Part shown: piece after piece, positions 19,492-29,270 of the stretch | Numbering within the stretch: position 1 is the first letter of the stretch | How the letters are laid out: every line of letters starts with the position of its first letter | Assembly: GCA_963662665.2 (NCBI GenBank) | Contig: CAXXJS010000037.1 | Location: 47,860-111,859 of the forward strand | Origin: Candidatus Latescibacterota bacterium | GTDB taxonomy: Bacteria > Latescibacterota > UBA2968 > GCA-2709665 | Length of the DNA: 64,000 nucleotides | Reading direction: 5' to 3' | Position numbers and translations under genes: made by a program | The notes under the pieces: generated by a model | The model's database searches: none | Told to the model about the DNA's origin: nothing | The model's input: only the letters and a program-made list of their open reading frames with translations

Positions 19492-19755
19492 ATGGCGCGC
19501 AACGATAGGGTTGATCGACGGACCATTTCCATCCACTGCGCCAGGTGCCGGACGTTGCTCTACAAGTACCGGAAAGGCGGCAGGGGCGGCCTGGTCAAGT
19601 GTCTGGTGGAACGAATTGCAGAGGACTTCACCAACGGAGACCTGAAGTGCCCCGAATGCGGGCAGGCATTTGCGCGAGACCGCATGATGGGCGGGCGACC
19701 CGCGCACAAGATCATCCAGGGCAAGGTATATACCAGGGGGATGTCGAGAAAGTAA
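19492..19755 (+). CDS. Small zinc-ribbon protein
   Basis: CARC...LYKYRKGGRGGLVKC...CPECG...AHKIIQGKV. Confidence 0.7.
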   Translation: MARNDRVDRRTISIHCARCRTLLYKYRKGGRGGLVKCLVERIAEDFTNGDLKCPECGQAFARDRMMGGRPAHKIIQGKVYTRGMSRK

Positions 19756-19970
19756 CCTTGATTCGGTATTTTTCCGGGACGCAAAATCGAATATAGGCAA
19801 GTGGATAAAGGCGATTTGACGGCTGATTACCAGGATACACCAGGTCACTGGACGTGAACTGAAAGCGTGTCCTTTTTGACGACCGCTTCGCCCCGTTTCA
19901 GGGATTTTCGTTGCGTTGCCGAGTTGCTGTTGTTTATCGAATTGGGGGTAATATCAGTCAGGAGACGATA

Positions 19971-20510
19971 ATGGCAGAAGAACGCGCGACGTTCGGAGGG
20001 GGATGCTTCTGGTGCGTGGAGGCGTTTTATCAGGACCTGAAAGGGGTGCTGGAAGTGGTATCGGGATATGCGGGCGGCTCGGGTACGAATCCGACGTACC
20101 GGGAGGTGTGCGAGGGGACCACGGGGCATGCCGAGGTGGTGCAGATCCGATTCGATCGGGAGACGATTTCCTATCGGGACCTGCTGGACGTGTTCTGGCG
20201 CACCCACGATCCCACAACGCTTAACCGCCAGGGTGCGGACGTGGGTACGCAGTACCGCTCTGTGGTTTTCTATCACGACGAGCAACAGCGGGCTAAGGCG
20301 ACACAATCCATGGCCGAGACGGATGCATCGGAGCTGTGGAAGGATCCGATCGTGACCGAGATTTCGCCGCTGACCGAATTCTACAGGGCCGAGGATTACC
20401 ATCAGAACTACTATCGCTCGAATCGCGCTCAGCCGTATTGCATATTCGTGATCGACCCGAAGATGAAATGGTTCAGGGAGGCGTTTCAGGACCGGTTGAA
20501 AGCAGAGTGA
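19971..20510 (+). CDS. msrA: Peptide methionine sulfoxide reductase A
   Basis: GGGCFWCVE, SGYAGG, TGHAEVV, HDPTTLNRQGADVGTQYRS, AEDYHQNYY. Confidence 0.96.
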   Translation: MAEERATFGGGCFWCVEAFYQDLKGVLEVVSGYAGGSGTNPTYREVCEGTTGHAEVVQIRFDRETISYRDLLDVFWRTHDPTTLNRQGADVGTQYRSVVFYHDEQQRAKATQSMAETDASELWKDPIVTEISPLTEFYRAEDYHQNYYRSNRAQPYCIFVIDPKMKWFREAFQDRLKAE

Positions 20511-20514
20511 CGGC

Positions 20515-22740
20515 ATGGACGGTTGGCGATACGGATTCAGGCTGGAGGTGACGTCGTCGCTACGGCGAGATCTGGGACGCATTCCGATGTCAGTGGACCT
20601 GGATTTCGGCGGCATGGCGCGGGAGATCGAGGCCCCGGGCGTGTTCGATCCGAATTCAATAGAAGTCGTGGACGTGGCGTCGGGTGAGCCGATCGCGTAC
20701 GCCCGTTCCGAGGATTTCGCGTACGGCGATCGTGGAAGAATAGAGTGGGTGATTGAGGATCCCACCCATACGGAGTATCAGATCCGGTTTCGCACCGCTC
20801 CTGAAAGGCCGCTGTTGCAGCCGCAGGAGTACACGCCCCTGATCGGGGTCGGAGATCTCCTGCGATACAACGCCGGGGTCCCGCGGCCGATTGTACTCGC
20901 GCATTCGATGCGGCTCGTGGACATCAACGGCGACGGCCGCGGCGATCTGGCGGGATGCTGGAATTATTACTATCGACCGGGGTCGCCCGTCAGCGGGATT
21001 GTATGTCATCCTCGTGTGGGACCGGAAGAGGACTTCACGTTTGGAGATCTTGCCCGGTTGCGTTACGTGGAAGAGCACGGATCTCGCGAACTCAAGCATT
21101 TCCCGGACGTGTACGCCGAAGCGGATTTCGCCGATCTGAACGGGGACGGGTTGCCCGATATCGTGTACGCCGGGATGCTCGACAAAGGAGTGACGGCCTA
21201 CCTGAATTCGGGGGAACGCGACGGGGGCGGGTTGCCCGTGTTCGTTAAGGACATTGAGATTCCGGCGCCTGTTGCTCAGAACGCGGGGATCCGGATTGTG
21301 GATCTGAGCGGGAATGGCGCGCCGGACCTCGTGGTCAACGGTCATTATATCCGGAATCTGAATCCGGACGGCTGGCCGTTCATAGCCGCGGATGCGGTCG
21401 ATCTTGGGGTTGGGAAACAGCTCGCTTTCCTGGATCTCGACGGCGACGGACTGCCGGACGTGATGGCGATGCCGGTTGGCGGGTACGATCATCCACTGAC
21501 GTGGCGGAGGAATCTGGGCGGGGACCCGCCCCGGTTCGGACCGCAACAGATGCTGGGCGTCACGGAGCCGGAATTCTGCAGCCGGCTCAGTCCGGTATCG
21601 GACGGAAAAAGGAATGGGATTCTCGTGCAGCACAATATGCACCAGAATCTCACGTACTTCGAACACGCCGGAACGAGTCGCGGCCAGCCGCGTTTCGTAC
21701 GCCGGGGAATGGCGCGTTCGGTTTCGGCCGTGATGTCATTCAGCGATCAGGCGTGGGCGTGTTCGTGCGACTGGAACGGCGACGGCGTCAACGATCTCGT
21801 TATCGGAGGCGGTTACGGGTGGCCGCGCGTGGTCATCAATCGTGGGAGCAATGAGCGACCGGCCTGGAAAGAGCCGGAATTGATCTTTTCCGAAGGAGAG
21901 CCGATCCGGGTATTGCGCGACGAGATCCTGCACAGCAGCCACTGGCACAATATGGGGTACCCCTATCCCGTATTTGTGGATTGGGACGGGGACGGCCTGC
22001 CGGACCTGATGCTCCCCAATGAAACGAACCGGATTGTATGGTATCGAAATATCGGTACGCTCGAAGAACCGAAGTTCGGGTATCGCAGATTCCTCGAAGT
22101 GGATGGATTCCCGGATTCCGATAATTTGAGGGCTGAAACGGGCCGGGCGGCCTCCGACGAGACCCGGCCCAACAGTCCCTACCCCTGCGATGCGCGATCC
22201 CCTTTTTTCTGGCGGATCGGCGCGGCGTTTGCGGACTGGAACGGCGACGGAATGATGGATTTTATCGCGCACGACCATACGCGAAAGGCAACGCTTTTCC
22301 TTCAATACAGGGATGGCGAGGGCCGCCGCAGACTCAAACACCGCCACCACGTGCGGCTGGTGGACGGCCGTGAAATCGACGATTCAATTGTGGGCCGGGA
22401 AAAGCACTGGACCGAGTCGTTCCGCGCCGTGGATTGGGACGGGGATGGGTTGATCGACCTGGTATACAACGTCGCGGGGACGGGAAAGATCTATCTGCTG
22501 CGCAACGTGGGTTCGTCGGATGCGCCTGTTTTCGACCTGCCGAGAGAGTTCAGGTGTTACGGTGAGGAGATCGCGTTTACGGTTCACGGACCGAACGCGT
22601 GGCCGGGTGATTTCAATGGTGATGGGAAGCCCGATCTGCTGGGGTGTGTGGAGTGGAGCGTATACCCGTTCTACTGTTACGCGGCCCTGGAAATGGAAAG
22701 TCACCCAACCTACAGGATCGGAACGGCGACGAGATTATAG
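20515..22740 (+). CDS. FG-GAP/VCBS repeat protein
   Basis: Multiple DxNGDGxxDL calcium-blade motifs (DINGDGRGDL, DLNGDGLPDI, DWNGDGVNDL, DWDGDGLIDL, DFNGDGKPDL). Confidence 0.88.
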   Translation: MDGWRYGFRLEVTSSLRRDLGRIPMSVDLDFGGMAREIEAPGVFDPNSIEVVDVASGEPIAYARSEDFAYGDRGRIEWVIEDPTHTEYQIRFRTAPERPLLQPQEYTPLIGVGDLLRYNAGVPRPIVLAHSMRLVDINGDGRGDLAGCWNYYYRPGSPVSGIVCHPRVGPEEDFTFGDLARLRYVEEHGSRELKHFPDVYAEADFADLNGDGLPDIVYAGMLDKGVTAYLNSGERDGGGLPVFVKDIEIPAPVAQNAGIRIVDLSGNGAPDLVVNGHYIRNLNPDGWPFIAADAVDLGVGKQLAFLDLDGDGLPDVMAMPVGGYDHPLTWRRNLGGDPPRFGPQQMLGVTEPEFCSRLSPVSDGKRNGILVQHNMHQNLTYFEHAGTSRGQPRFVRRGMARSVSAVMSFSDQAWACSCDWNGDGVNDLVIGGGYGWPRVVINRGSNERPAWKEPELIFSEGEPIRVLRDEILHSSHWHNMGYPYPVFVDWDGDGLPDLMLPNETNRIVWYRNIGTLEEPKFGYRRFLEVDGFPDSDNLRAETGRAASDETRPNSPYPCDARSPFFWRIGAAFADWNGDGMMDFIAHDHTRKATLFLQYRDGEGRRRLKHRHHVRLVDGREIDDSIVGREKHWTESFRAVDWDGDGLIDLVYNVAGTGKIYLLRNVGSSDAPVFDLPREFRCYGEEIAFTVHGPNAWPGDFNGDGKPDLLGCVEWSVYPFYCYAALEMESHPTYRIGTATRL

Positions 22741-22786
22741 TTGTCCAGTCGCGCCAGCCTTTCGGAATCCGGGTTGTTTTCGCAGT

Positions 22787-23638
22787 TCAATCGGCCATTG
22801 CCGGTCCGGCGACGGCCTGCCGGCGGGCGGATGCAAGCGCGTGGTAGCAGAATTCCGCGGCCTGCCACGGGTCGTACCCGGGCCGGCTCCAGATCATGGC
22901 GCTGACTTCCGCGCCAACGGGTACTTCGGTTCCGGCTTCGAGCAGCGTCTTGAAGTATTCGATGAGGTCGAGGCTGCCTTCGCCGGGCAACAGGAAGGTG
23001 ACGGCGCCGTCTTTCATATACCCGTCTTTGACGTGGATGTGGACGGTGTCGGGCAGGCAGAGACCGGCGGCGCGCTTCAGATCGATGCCCTGCACGTGAA
23101 AGTGGCTGTGGTCGAAGTGGATTTTGAGGTTGGGATGGCGGGTGTGCGCCATGAGCCACGCCGCTTTTTCCGGCGTGTCCAGGACGGCGCCGACGTGCGG
23201 TTCCACGGCCAGGATGACGTGATGTTCGGCTGCGACGTCCGCGAGTTCGATCAGGTCGGCAGCGACGGCGTCCCTGTCGGTTTTCCATTTTGTGAGGGGG
23301 CCGCTTACCGTGGTGGTGATGATGCTGGGCGCATCCCCGTAATTCAGGTCGCGGGCGAGCACGCAGTTCCGGATAAAACGTTCCAGCATAGGCGGGCGGT
23401 CGGAGCCCTGGGCGCAGGTGGATACGGGCCCGAAGAGAGCCGGCGGCGGGAAGCCGAGATCTCGCAGGGCGTCCGCAAGTCTGCTCCGCGTGTTCCGGTC
23501 GAGCTTATGGGGCGCGGTTGGCCACGCGTCTCCGACGGCAATTTCGACGGCTTCGTAGCCGATCGCGCGGATTCTCGGCAAGGCTTCAAAGACGTCCACG
23601 TTCTGTGTGGCGTAGGTGCTGAACCCGATGGGGATCAT
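22787..23638 (-). CDS. Sugar phosphate isomerase/epimerase (xylose isomerase-like TIM barrel)
   Basis: IGYEAVEI, LAVEPH, HFDHSH, HIHVKDG, LLPGEG. Confidence 0.88.
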   Translation of the reverse strand: MIPIGFSTYATQNVDVFEALPRIRAIGYEAVEIAVGDAWPTAPHKLDRNTRSRLADALRDLGFPPPALFGPVSTCAQGSDRPPMLERFIRNCVLARDLNYGDAPSIITTTVSGPLTKWKTDRDAVAADLIELADVAAEHHVILAVEPHVGAVLDTPEKAAWLMAHTRHPNLKIHFDHSHFHVQGIDLKRAAGLCLPDTVHIHVKDGYMKDGAVTFLLPGEGSLDLIEYFKTLLEAGTEVPVGAEVSAMIWSRPGYDPWQAAEFCYHALASARRQAVAGPAMAD

Positions 23639-23704
23639 ATCAAATCCGGAAAAAGGAAGAAGGAAAAAGGAAGAAGGAAAAACCTTAAGGCGGGGAGCCG
23701 GGGA

Positions 23705-23780
23705 AAGACGTCCTTGCTTGATTGGTTCTGCCTCTTATGCCTCCGGTAAAAAATGAAACCGCACGGGACAGGCAGTCTCT
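23705..23780 (+). repeat. Dispersed ~75-bp intergenic element, copy 1
   Basis: aagacgtccttgcttgattggttctgcctcttatgcctccggtaaaaaatgaaaccgcacg... closely matches 40198-40272. Confidence 0.8.
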
Positions 23781-23952
23781 ACCATCTCCCGTCTAACGTC
23801 TATCCGTTCATCAGGCGCCCACATCATCTCCCGTCTAACGTCATTCCCTCTTCAAGACCCGCAACCCTGCGGTTCTCGAAGATAGAGAACATAATAAATG
23901 TGTCAAGCGGCGTCGGAGCAGGTAGGCAGTGAATTTCGAAAGAGATACTGAT

Positions 23953-25191
23953 ATGGAGCGGATCAATCTGGGACTGGTGGGATGCGGCGGCATGGGAACG
24001 CGGCACCTCTATGGCCTGCGGACGCTCGCGCAGACGCCGTTCAACCGGATCGATCTGCGGGCGTTGTGCGACATTAACCCGGACAATGCCAGGATGGCTG
24101 CTGCCGAGGCCGGAAAGCTGCTGGGGGTGGAGCCGGCGGTCTTTACGGATTTGGAGACAATGGCCGCTGCGATGCCGGAACTGGATGCCGTCGACGTGGT
24201 AACCGATCCTGCTGTACACCACGAGGTTTCCTGCAAGGCACTGGATCTCGGGCTGCACGTGATGGTGGAAAAACCGATGGCGATTACCGTTCGTGCATGT
24301 TTGCAGATGATCCAGGCGGCCCGGCGGAACGGACGCGTGTTATCCGTGGCGGAGAACTACCGGCGTGACCCCTCGGCCCGGCTGGCGCACCACATGGTAA
24401 CCAGCGGCGGGATAGGGACGCCGTACATGGGTCTGTTTCACGAGGTAAGCGAAGGGGACAGAATCTTCATTACCCCATGGCGCCATCTCAAGAATCGTGG
24501 CGGGCCCCTGGTGGACATGGGGGTGCACTTTGCCGATCTGATCCGCTATCAGCTGGGGGACATCCACGAGGTGTACGGCGACGTGAGGCTGGTGGAGCCG
24601 GTGCGGCGAAAGGCCGATACGATGTGGAGACCCTATGAGTATTACCAAAGGCAATACGAAGACATGGCGCCCGTTGTCCCTGCAGACGCAGAGGATTCGT
24701 CCGTGGCGGTGTTTCGCATGGTTGGCGGCGCCACGGTGAGCTGGGTGGTTGGACTGGGAGGACACGGGGGTTGCAGTACGCAGATGATTCTGGGCACGGA
24801 GGGGTGCATCGAGGGTTTTGGAACCCGTGGCGGCCGGGTTCGGATGCGTCGGGGGCGCGGCGATTTCCAGGAACAGGAAGAAATGCTGGCACAGGCTGAG
24901 GGTTTCGAGCAGGATCCCATGTCGTCGCATTTCTTCCCGGCCGGGCTGACGTCGGCCGATCGCGAGGTGGACTGGAAGCTTCTCGCCATGGAGTATCACG
25001 AGTTGGGCGAGGCCATTGTCGAGGGCAAGGCCGTGGAGGTCGACGGGGTGGAGGGGATGAAGGACGTCGCGGCGGTATATGCGGTGTTCGAGTCCGCGAC
25101 CGCAGGATGTACGGTGCGAATGGCGGACGTGGAAAGCGGCGAATTTGACGCCTATCAGGCGGACATTGACGCGGCGCTGGGTATTTCGTGA
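23953..25191 (+). CDS. Gfo/Idh/MocA family oxidoreductase
   Basis: LGLVGCGGMG, HVMVEKPMA, VAENYR, GGPLVDMGVHFAD. Confidence 0.92.
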   Translation: MERINLGLVGCGGMGTRHLYGLRTLAQTPFNRIDLRALCDINPDNARMAAAEAGKLLGVEPAVFTDLETMAAAMPELDAVDVVTDPAVHHEVSCKALDLGLHVMVEKPMAITVRACLQMIQAARRNGRVLSVAENYRRDPSARLAHHMVTSGGIGTPYMGLFHEVSEGDRIFITPWRHLKNRGGPLVDMGVHFADLIRYQLGDIHEVYGDVRLVEPVRRKADTMWRPYEYYQRQYEDMAPVVPADAEDSSVAVFRMVGGATVSWVVGLGGHGGCSTQMILGTEGCIEGFGTRGGRVRMRRGRGDFQEQEEMLAQAEGFEQDPMSSHFFPAGLTSADREVDWKLLAMEYHELGEAIVEGKAVEVDGVEGMKDVAAVYAVFESATAGCTVRMADVESGEFDAYQADIDAALGIS

Positions 25192-25203
25192 AAGGAGTGT
25201 GAA

Positions 25204-26652
25204 ATGCCGGAAGATCGACCGAACGTAATATTGATTGTAACGGATCAGCAGCGGGGGGATTGCGTGGGGCTGGACCCGAACGCGCCGGACGTCCTGCAAA
25301 CGCCCAATCTCGATTGGCTGGGCGGTACGGGGGCGCATTTTGGTCGCGGGTATTCGGAGTGTCCCAGCTGTATTCCTGCAAGGCGTTCCCTGATGACCGG
25401 CACGGCGCCGGCGGCGAACGGTGTTGTCGGATTTCAGGGAACGGAGTGGGACCCGCCTCACACGCTTGCGGGAGAATTGTCCGGGGCGGGCTATCAGACC
25501 GAAATGATCGGGAAGTTGCATCTATCGCCTCTGCGGAAGCGGTACGGATTCGATCATTTGCAGCTTGCGGACGGCACGCGCGGGAAGGAGAATGACTACG
25601 TGGACTGGCTGCGCGACCGCCATGGACGCGAGGAGGTGGACCCGGGGATGGCGCACGGAGTCTCGTCCAACGGCTGGGTGGGGCGGCCGCACAACCTGCC
25701 CGAAGAGCAGATGCATACGTTCTGGTGCGTGGATCGAGCGATGGAATTTCTGCTGAAACGAGACCCGTCGGCGCCGTTTTTCCTGAATCTGTCGTTTATC
25801 GATCCCCATCCGCCCCTGACGCCCCCAAAGTTCTACTACGACCGGTATATCAATCGTGAGTTGCCCGATACCGTTGTGGGAGACTGGGCGCCTCAGTTTG
25901 ACGAACCCCGGAAGGGGCTGGATCCGAATGCGTCGGAGATCTCTCTAACGGCGCAGGATATGCAGTGTGCGCGTGCGGCCTACTACGGGATGGTGAATTT
26001 CATCGACGACCAGATTGGAAGATTGATTCAGTTCGCTCGGGGTCTGCTGAATGAGAGTCTCATCATTTTTACGTCTGACCACGGAGAGATGCTCGGGGAC
26101 CATCATCTATTCCGGAAAACGTGGCCCTACGAGGCGTCGGCGCGGGTGCCGTATCTCATTAGAGCGCCGCGGAGTTGGGGGGCGCCGGAGTCGGTAACGT
26201 GCCAAACGCCGGTGGGACTCCAGGATATCATGCCGACGATTCTGGATGCGTGCGGCCTGGAGGTTCCCGAGACGTGTACGGGAAGGAGTCTGGTACCGGT
26301 GCTGCGCGGCGAATCGGAGGGCGTACGCGATATCTTGCACGGCGAGCACTCCGGGTGCTATGCGTACGAACAAGGGAATCACTATGTGACGGATGGTCGT
26401 CACAAATACATCTGGTACACGCAGACGGGCCGCGAGCACCTGTTCGGCCTGGATGAAGATCCGCTGGAATTGAAAGATCTGGCGATGGGCGACGGCGCGG
26501 AGGACCGGTTGGGTCCGTGGCGAAAGCGGTTGGTTGGGTTCCTCAGGGACAGACCGGAGGGGTTCACGGACGGAGAGACGTTGATTGCCGGCCGGAAACA
26601 TCGGTCGGTGATGCCGGGATACGAACCGGCGAGGATGTTTCCGTTCCTGTAG
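25204..26652 (+). CDS. Formylglycine-dependent (Cys-type) sulfatase
   Basis: PNVILIVTDQQR, CPSCIPARRSLMTG (CxPxR), IGKLH, DPHPP, FTSDHGEMLG. Confidence 0.93.
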   Translation: MPEDRPNVILIVTDQQRGDCVGLDPNAPDVLQTPNLDWLGGTGAHFGRGYSECPSCIPARRSLMTGTAPAANGVVGFQGTEWDPPHTLAGELSGAGYQTEMIGKLHLSPLRKRYGFDHLQLADGTRGKENDYVDWLRDRHGREEVDPGMAHGVSSNGWVGRPHNLPEEQMHTFWCVDRAMEFLLKRDPSAPFFLNLSFIDPHPPLTPPKFYYDRYINRELPDTVVGDWAPQFDEPRKGLDPNASEISLTAQDMQCARAAYYGMVNFIDDQIGRLIQFARGLLNESLIIFTSDHGEMLGDHHLFRKTWPYEASARVPYLIRAPRSWGAPESVTCQTPVGLQDIMPTILDACGLEVPETCTGRSLVPVLRGESEGVRDILHGEHSGCYAYEQGNHYVTDGRHKYIWYTQTGREHLFGLDEDPLELKDLAMGDGAEDRLGPWRKRLVGFLRDRPEGFTDGETLIAGRKHRSVMPGYEPARMFPFL

Positions 26653-26851
26653 GATGAATCCCCCGCCGCTGGCGCAATCCCACGCCGACCGGACCGTTCA
26701 CCGTCGCGGGTGGTTTCGATTGCCGGGGCCGGTCACGCCCGCTATATTTCAGCGATGGATCCTGCGCGATGGTCGGCCTGATGTATCGCGTATACGGCAA
26801 TTGCGCCGAACTCGGGAAACCTTTTCGGACCAGAAAAAGGAGAAGCAACGT

Positions 26852-27283
26852 ATGGATTCGTTCAAACGCATCGTTGGTGTCTATCTGATCCTCGTGGCTG
26901 CCGTGGTTGCCATCCACACGGTCGTCGAACCGCTGTATTATACGTCCACCGAAGCCAGTCCGTACAGCCCGCACTGGAGCAAGATTAACGCGCTTATGGT
27001 GCTGGCGATCGTATTGGGTCTGGTTTTCGGCTGCATGCGCAAGCGGGGCATTGGCGGCGACGATGGAAGCGCGGTTACCCGGGAGTACCTGGAAGCACAT
27101 GTCCTGTTCTACGGTCTTCTGTTTGTGGGCATCCTGTTTTTCTGGAATTTCTTCAACCTGCACAGTCCCGGCTTTACGGCAATTGCGCCGGAGACCGTAT
27201 CGGCAGTGTGGATTGTGATCGATGCCGCCCTGCCGTTAATCCTGGGTGCAATGGGCGCCTCACTGCTCAGATCCCGGGGGTAA
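26852..27283 (+). CDS. Four-TM membrane protein
   Basis: AGGAG RBS; four hydrophobic segments. Confidence 0.7.
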   Translation: MDSFKRIVGVYLILVAAVVAIHTVVEPLYYTSTEASPYSPHWSKINALMVLAIVLGLVFGCMRKRGIGGDDGSAVTREYLEAHVLFYGLLFVGILFFWNFFNLHSPGFTAIAPETVSAVWIVIDAALPLILGAMGASLLRSRG

Positions 27284-27412
27284 ATCCGGGTCATTCCAGG
27301 GCACATGCCCGGTGAATCGGCGAGGTGGATGACAAAGCCGTCAGTTGGTCTGAAGCACAGTCTGACGGCTTTACCGTTTCAGATTTCGCTATCGCGCAGG
27401 TCGATCGCAGGT

Positions 27413-27808
27413 TCAACGCTTTCTGTCATGCGCGATCAGCAAATCCGCAGGAATTCCCAGGTTCTTGGTAAGCGACGCAATCTGGCGAATGGACAGGCTT
27501 CGCCTGCCGTTGAAGAATTCGGAGACGCGGCTTCTGCCACCGAGCCACTCGGCTAGATCGGATCGCGAGAGCCCTTTCTGTTCCAGCATAAACGCCACGA
27601 TCTCCCGGGGATCCATGGTATCATCCAAGGGAAACCTGACGTCCTCGTACGCCTGTACCAGAACGGATAGAAACTCCAGCCGTTCGAAAGCTTCCGAACC
27701 CGGTTCAGGGTCGGCGTCCAGCAGACTATCGATTTCGCTCACGGCCGCGTCGTATTCCGCTTCGTTTCGTAAGACGTGAGGTCTCGTGAAGTCCAGCAAT
27801 CTGGTCAT
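27413..27808 (-). CDS. higA: HigA-type antitoxin (HTH)
   Basis: LRNEAEYDAAV...LEFLSVLVQAYE...MLEQKGLSRSDLAEWLGGRSRVSEFFNGRRSLS. Confidence 0.88.
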   Translation of the reverse strand: MTRLLDFTRPHVLRNEAEYDAAVSEIDSLLDADPEPGSEAFERLEFLSVLVQAYEDVRFPLDDTMDPREIVAFMLEQKGLSRSDLAEWLGGRSRVSEFFNGRRSLSIRQIASLTKNLGIPADLLIAHDRKR

Positions 27809-27830
27809 ATTAAATGCCTTTGCAGATTGT

Positions 27831-28127
27831 TCATAAGTCGCCGCTTCGAGTACGTCTGTTGTATTCTTTGTGGGTAAGCACGTGTCGGATGTAAATCCTT
27901 CCAAGGTCGTACCGCATATCGACAATCAGCCTGTATTTGTTGCCTCCAATGTTGAAAATCGTCCGCCATCTTCCGAGGAAACTCGCAGAGGGAAAATCAC
28001 GTCGAACTTCGTAGGGGCTGAAATAGCTTCTTGATCTTACGATGGCCAGCCAGGCTCTAAGGGGCCGCTGGGAATCCGAATGCTTTCGCCAGAATTCCAG
28101 TAGTCTCTTACGGGTAATTACGTGCAT
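27831..28127 (-). CDS. higB: HigB-type mRNA interferase toxin
   Basis: MHVITRKRLLEFW...FPSAS...IFNIGGNKYRLI...HVLTHKEY. Confidence 0.9.
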   Translation of the reverse strand: MHVITRKRLLEFWRKHSDSQRPLRAWLAIVRSRSYFSPYEVRRDFPSASFLGRWRTIFNIGGNKYRLIVDMRYDLGRIYIRHVLTHKEYNRRTRSGDL

Positions 28128-28156
28128 AGGGAATTACCTGAATTTGCAAGGCTTGC

Positions 28157-28191
28157 GTTCCCAATATGGTAACTCTATGATGAAATGTCAA
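28157..28191 (-). promoter_or_regulatory. higBA promoter with palindromic operator
   Basis: Minus strand TTGACA (28191-28186), 17 nt, CATATT (28168-28163); imperfect palindrome gttcccaatatggtaac 28157-28173 over the -10. Confidence 0.7.
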
Positions 28192-28210
28192 GGGATCATT
28201 CCTGATTTTT

Positions 28211-29095
28211 TCACTTCGATCGCGAACCTGGGCGCTGGATTAGCAGGCCGGCGACAATGAGGACAAGGCCGATCGGGGTGGAGGGTAGAATTTCTTCGCC
28301 AACCAGAAAGTGGATGAAAAACAGGGAGACGAACGGAGAGATGAAGATCAGGTTCGCAACCCTGGCCGTTGTTTCCGAAAGGCGTAGAGCGATGAGCCAG
28401 AAAACGAAGGCGATACCCATTTCAACAAGGCCGACGTAAGCGGCGCCGATCAGGCCGTACAGACTGGAAATTCGGACATCCGAAAAAACCAGGCAGAGTA
28501 CGAACATAAACGGCAGTGCAAACGTGAAGTTGAGAAAAAGGCCGACAACGGCGTCCCGGTCATCTCGCGTATTGTAGATCCAGTACAGCGCCCATACGAT
28601 CGTGCTGACCAGGGCCAGGGATACGCCGAGGGGGTCCGAGAGCCGAAAGTCCAGGACGTTGCCGCGCGTTGAGATCACCAGGACACCGGCGTAACACACG
28701 AACCCGGCGAGGATTTCTTGCGGCTTGACGCGTTGTTTCAATAATGGAATGGAAAGGAGCGAGAGCGTAATGGCCCAGGTGTAGTTCAGGGGCTGAGCTT
28801 CCTGAGCGGGCAGGAGATCGTACGCTTTGAAGAGGATCAGGTAGTAGACGCACGGGTTGAGCAGGCCCAGAAGGAGGGACTTCAGGTATTGTGGTTTTGA
28901 GTACGAGAGGATGAGACTTCGTTTGCCCTGGATAACGATAATCAGCGCCAGGGTGCATGCGGAAGCCAGGCTTGCATAGAAGAGAAGCTGCAGGGGGTCC
29001 AGGTATCGGAGGGAAATCTTGAAGGCGGAGGCAACGGTCGACCAGAGAAGAACCGTGGCTATGGCGTAGAGGTAGGCTTTATTCTGGTCTCGCAT
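28211..29095 (-). CDS. DMT/EamA family transporter
   Basis: About 10 TM segments in two EamA repeats; LLWSTVASAFK, QPLNYTW, LIFISPF. Confidence 0.9.
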   Translation of the reverse strand: MRDQNKAYLYAIATVLLWSTVASAFKISLRYLDPLQLLFYASLASACTLALIIVIQGKRSLILSYSKPQYLKSLLLGLLNPCVYYLILFKAYDLLPAQEAQPLNYTWAITLSLLSIPLLKQRVKPQEILAGFVCYAGVLVISTRGNVLDFRLSDPLGVSLALVSTIVWALYWIYNTRDDRDAVVGLFLNFTFALPFMFVLCLVFSDVRISSLYGLIGAAYVGLVEMGIAFVFWLIALRLSETTARVANLIFISPFVSLFFIHFLVGEEILPSTPIGLVLIVAGLLIQRPGSRSK

Positions 29096-29156
29096 CAAGG
29101 ATTGGGGGATTTATAGCCACTCCCTGACCGTTCGGTTAAATGCGACATTGTATCTT

Positions 29157-29265
29157 GTAAGGGCGACCCTTGTGGTCTCCCGCCTTGCCGGTGTTTCTCC
29201 CCCTTTCCTTTAGGAGAGGTGGCCCGGGGGGAGAGGTCCCGCTCTTAGCTGACAGCTAAAGGCTG
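29157..29265. repeat. Composite repeat: GTAGGGGCG-type REP + CTCCCCC/GGAGAGG hairpin arm + GCTGACA heptamers
   Basis: gtaagggcgacccttgtggtctccc; ctccccctttcctttaggagaggtggcccggggggagaggtc; ttagctgacagctaaaggctg. Confidence 0.7.
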
Positions 29266-29270
29266 CCTTT

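Noticed and set aside
23640-23850. Short tandem repeats as a possible CRISPR array
   Set aside because: Units are 7-14 nt with no unique 30-40 nt spacers; no cas genes or regular repeat-spacer array anywhere in the window.
22520-25521. Long antisense ORFs (e.g. 22520-23749 +, 24340-25521 -), and similar ones at 30350-31609, 55846-56892 and 57163-58323
   Set aside because: They lie opposite well-supported genes, have no motifs, and are expected in GC-rich DNA.
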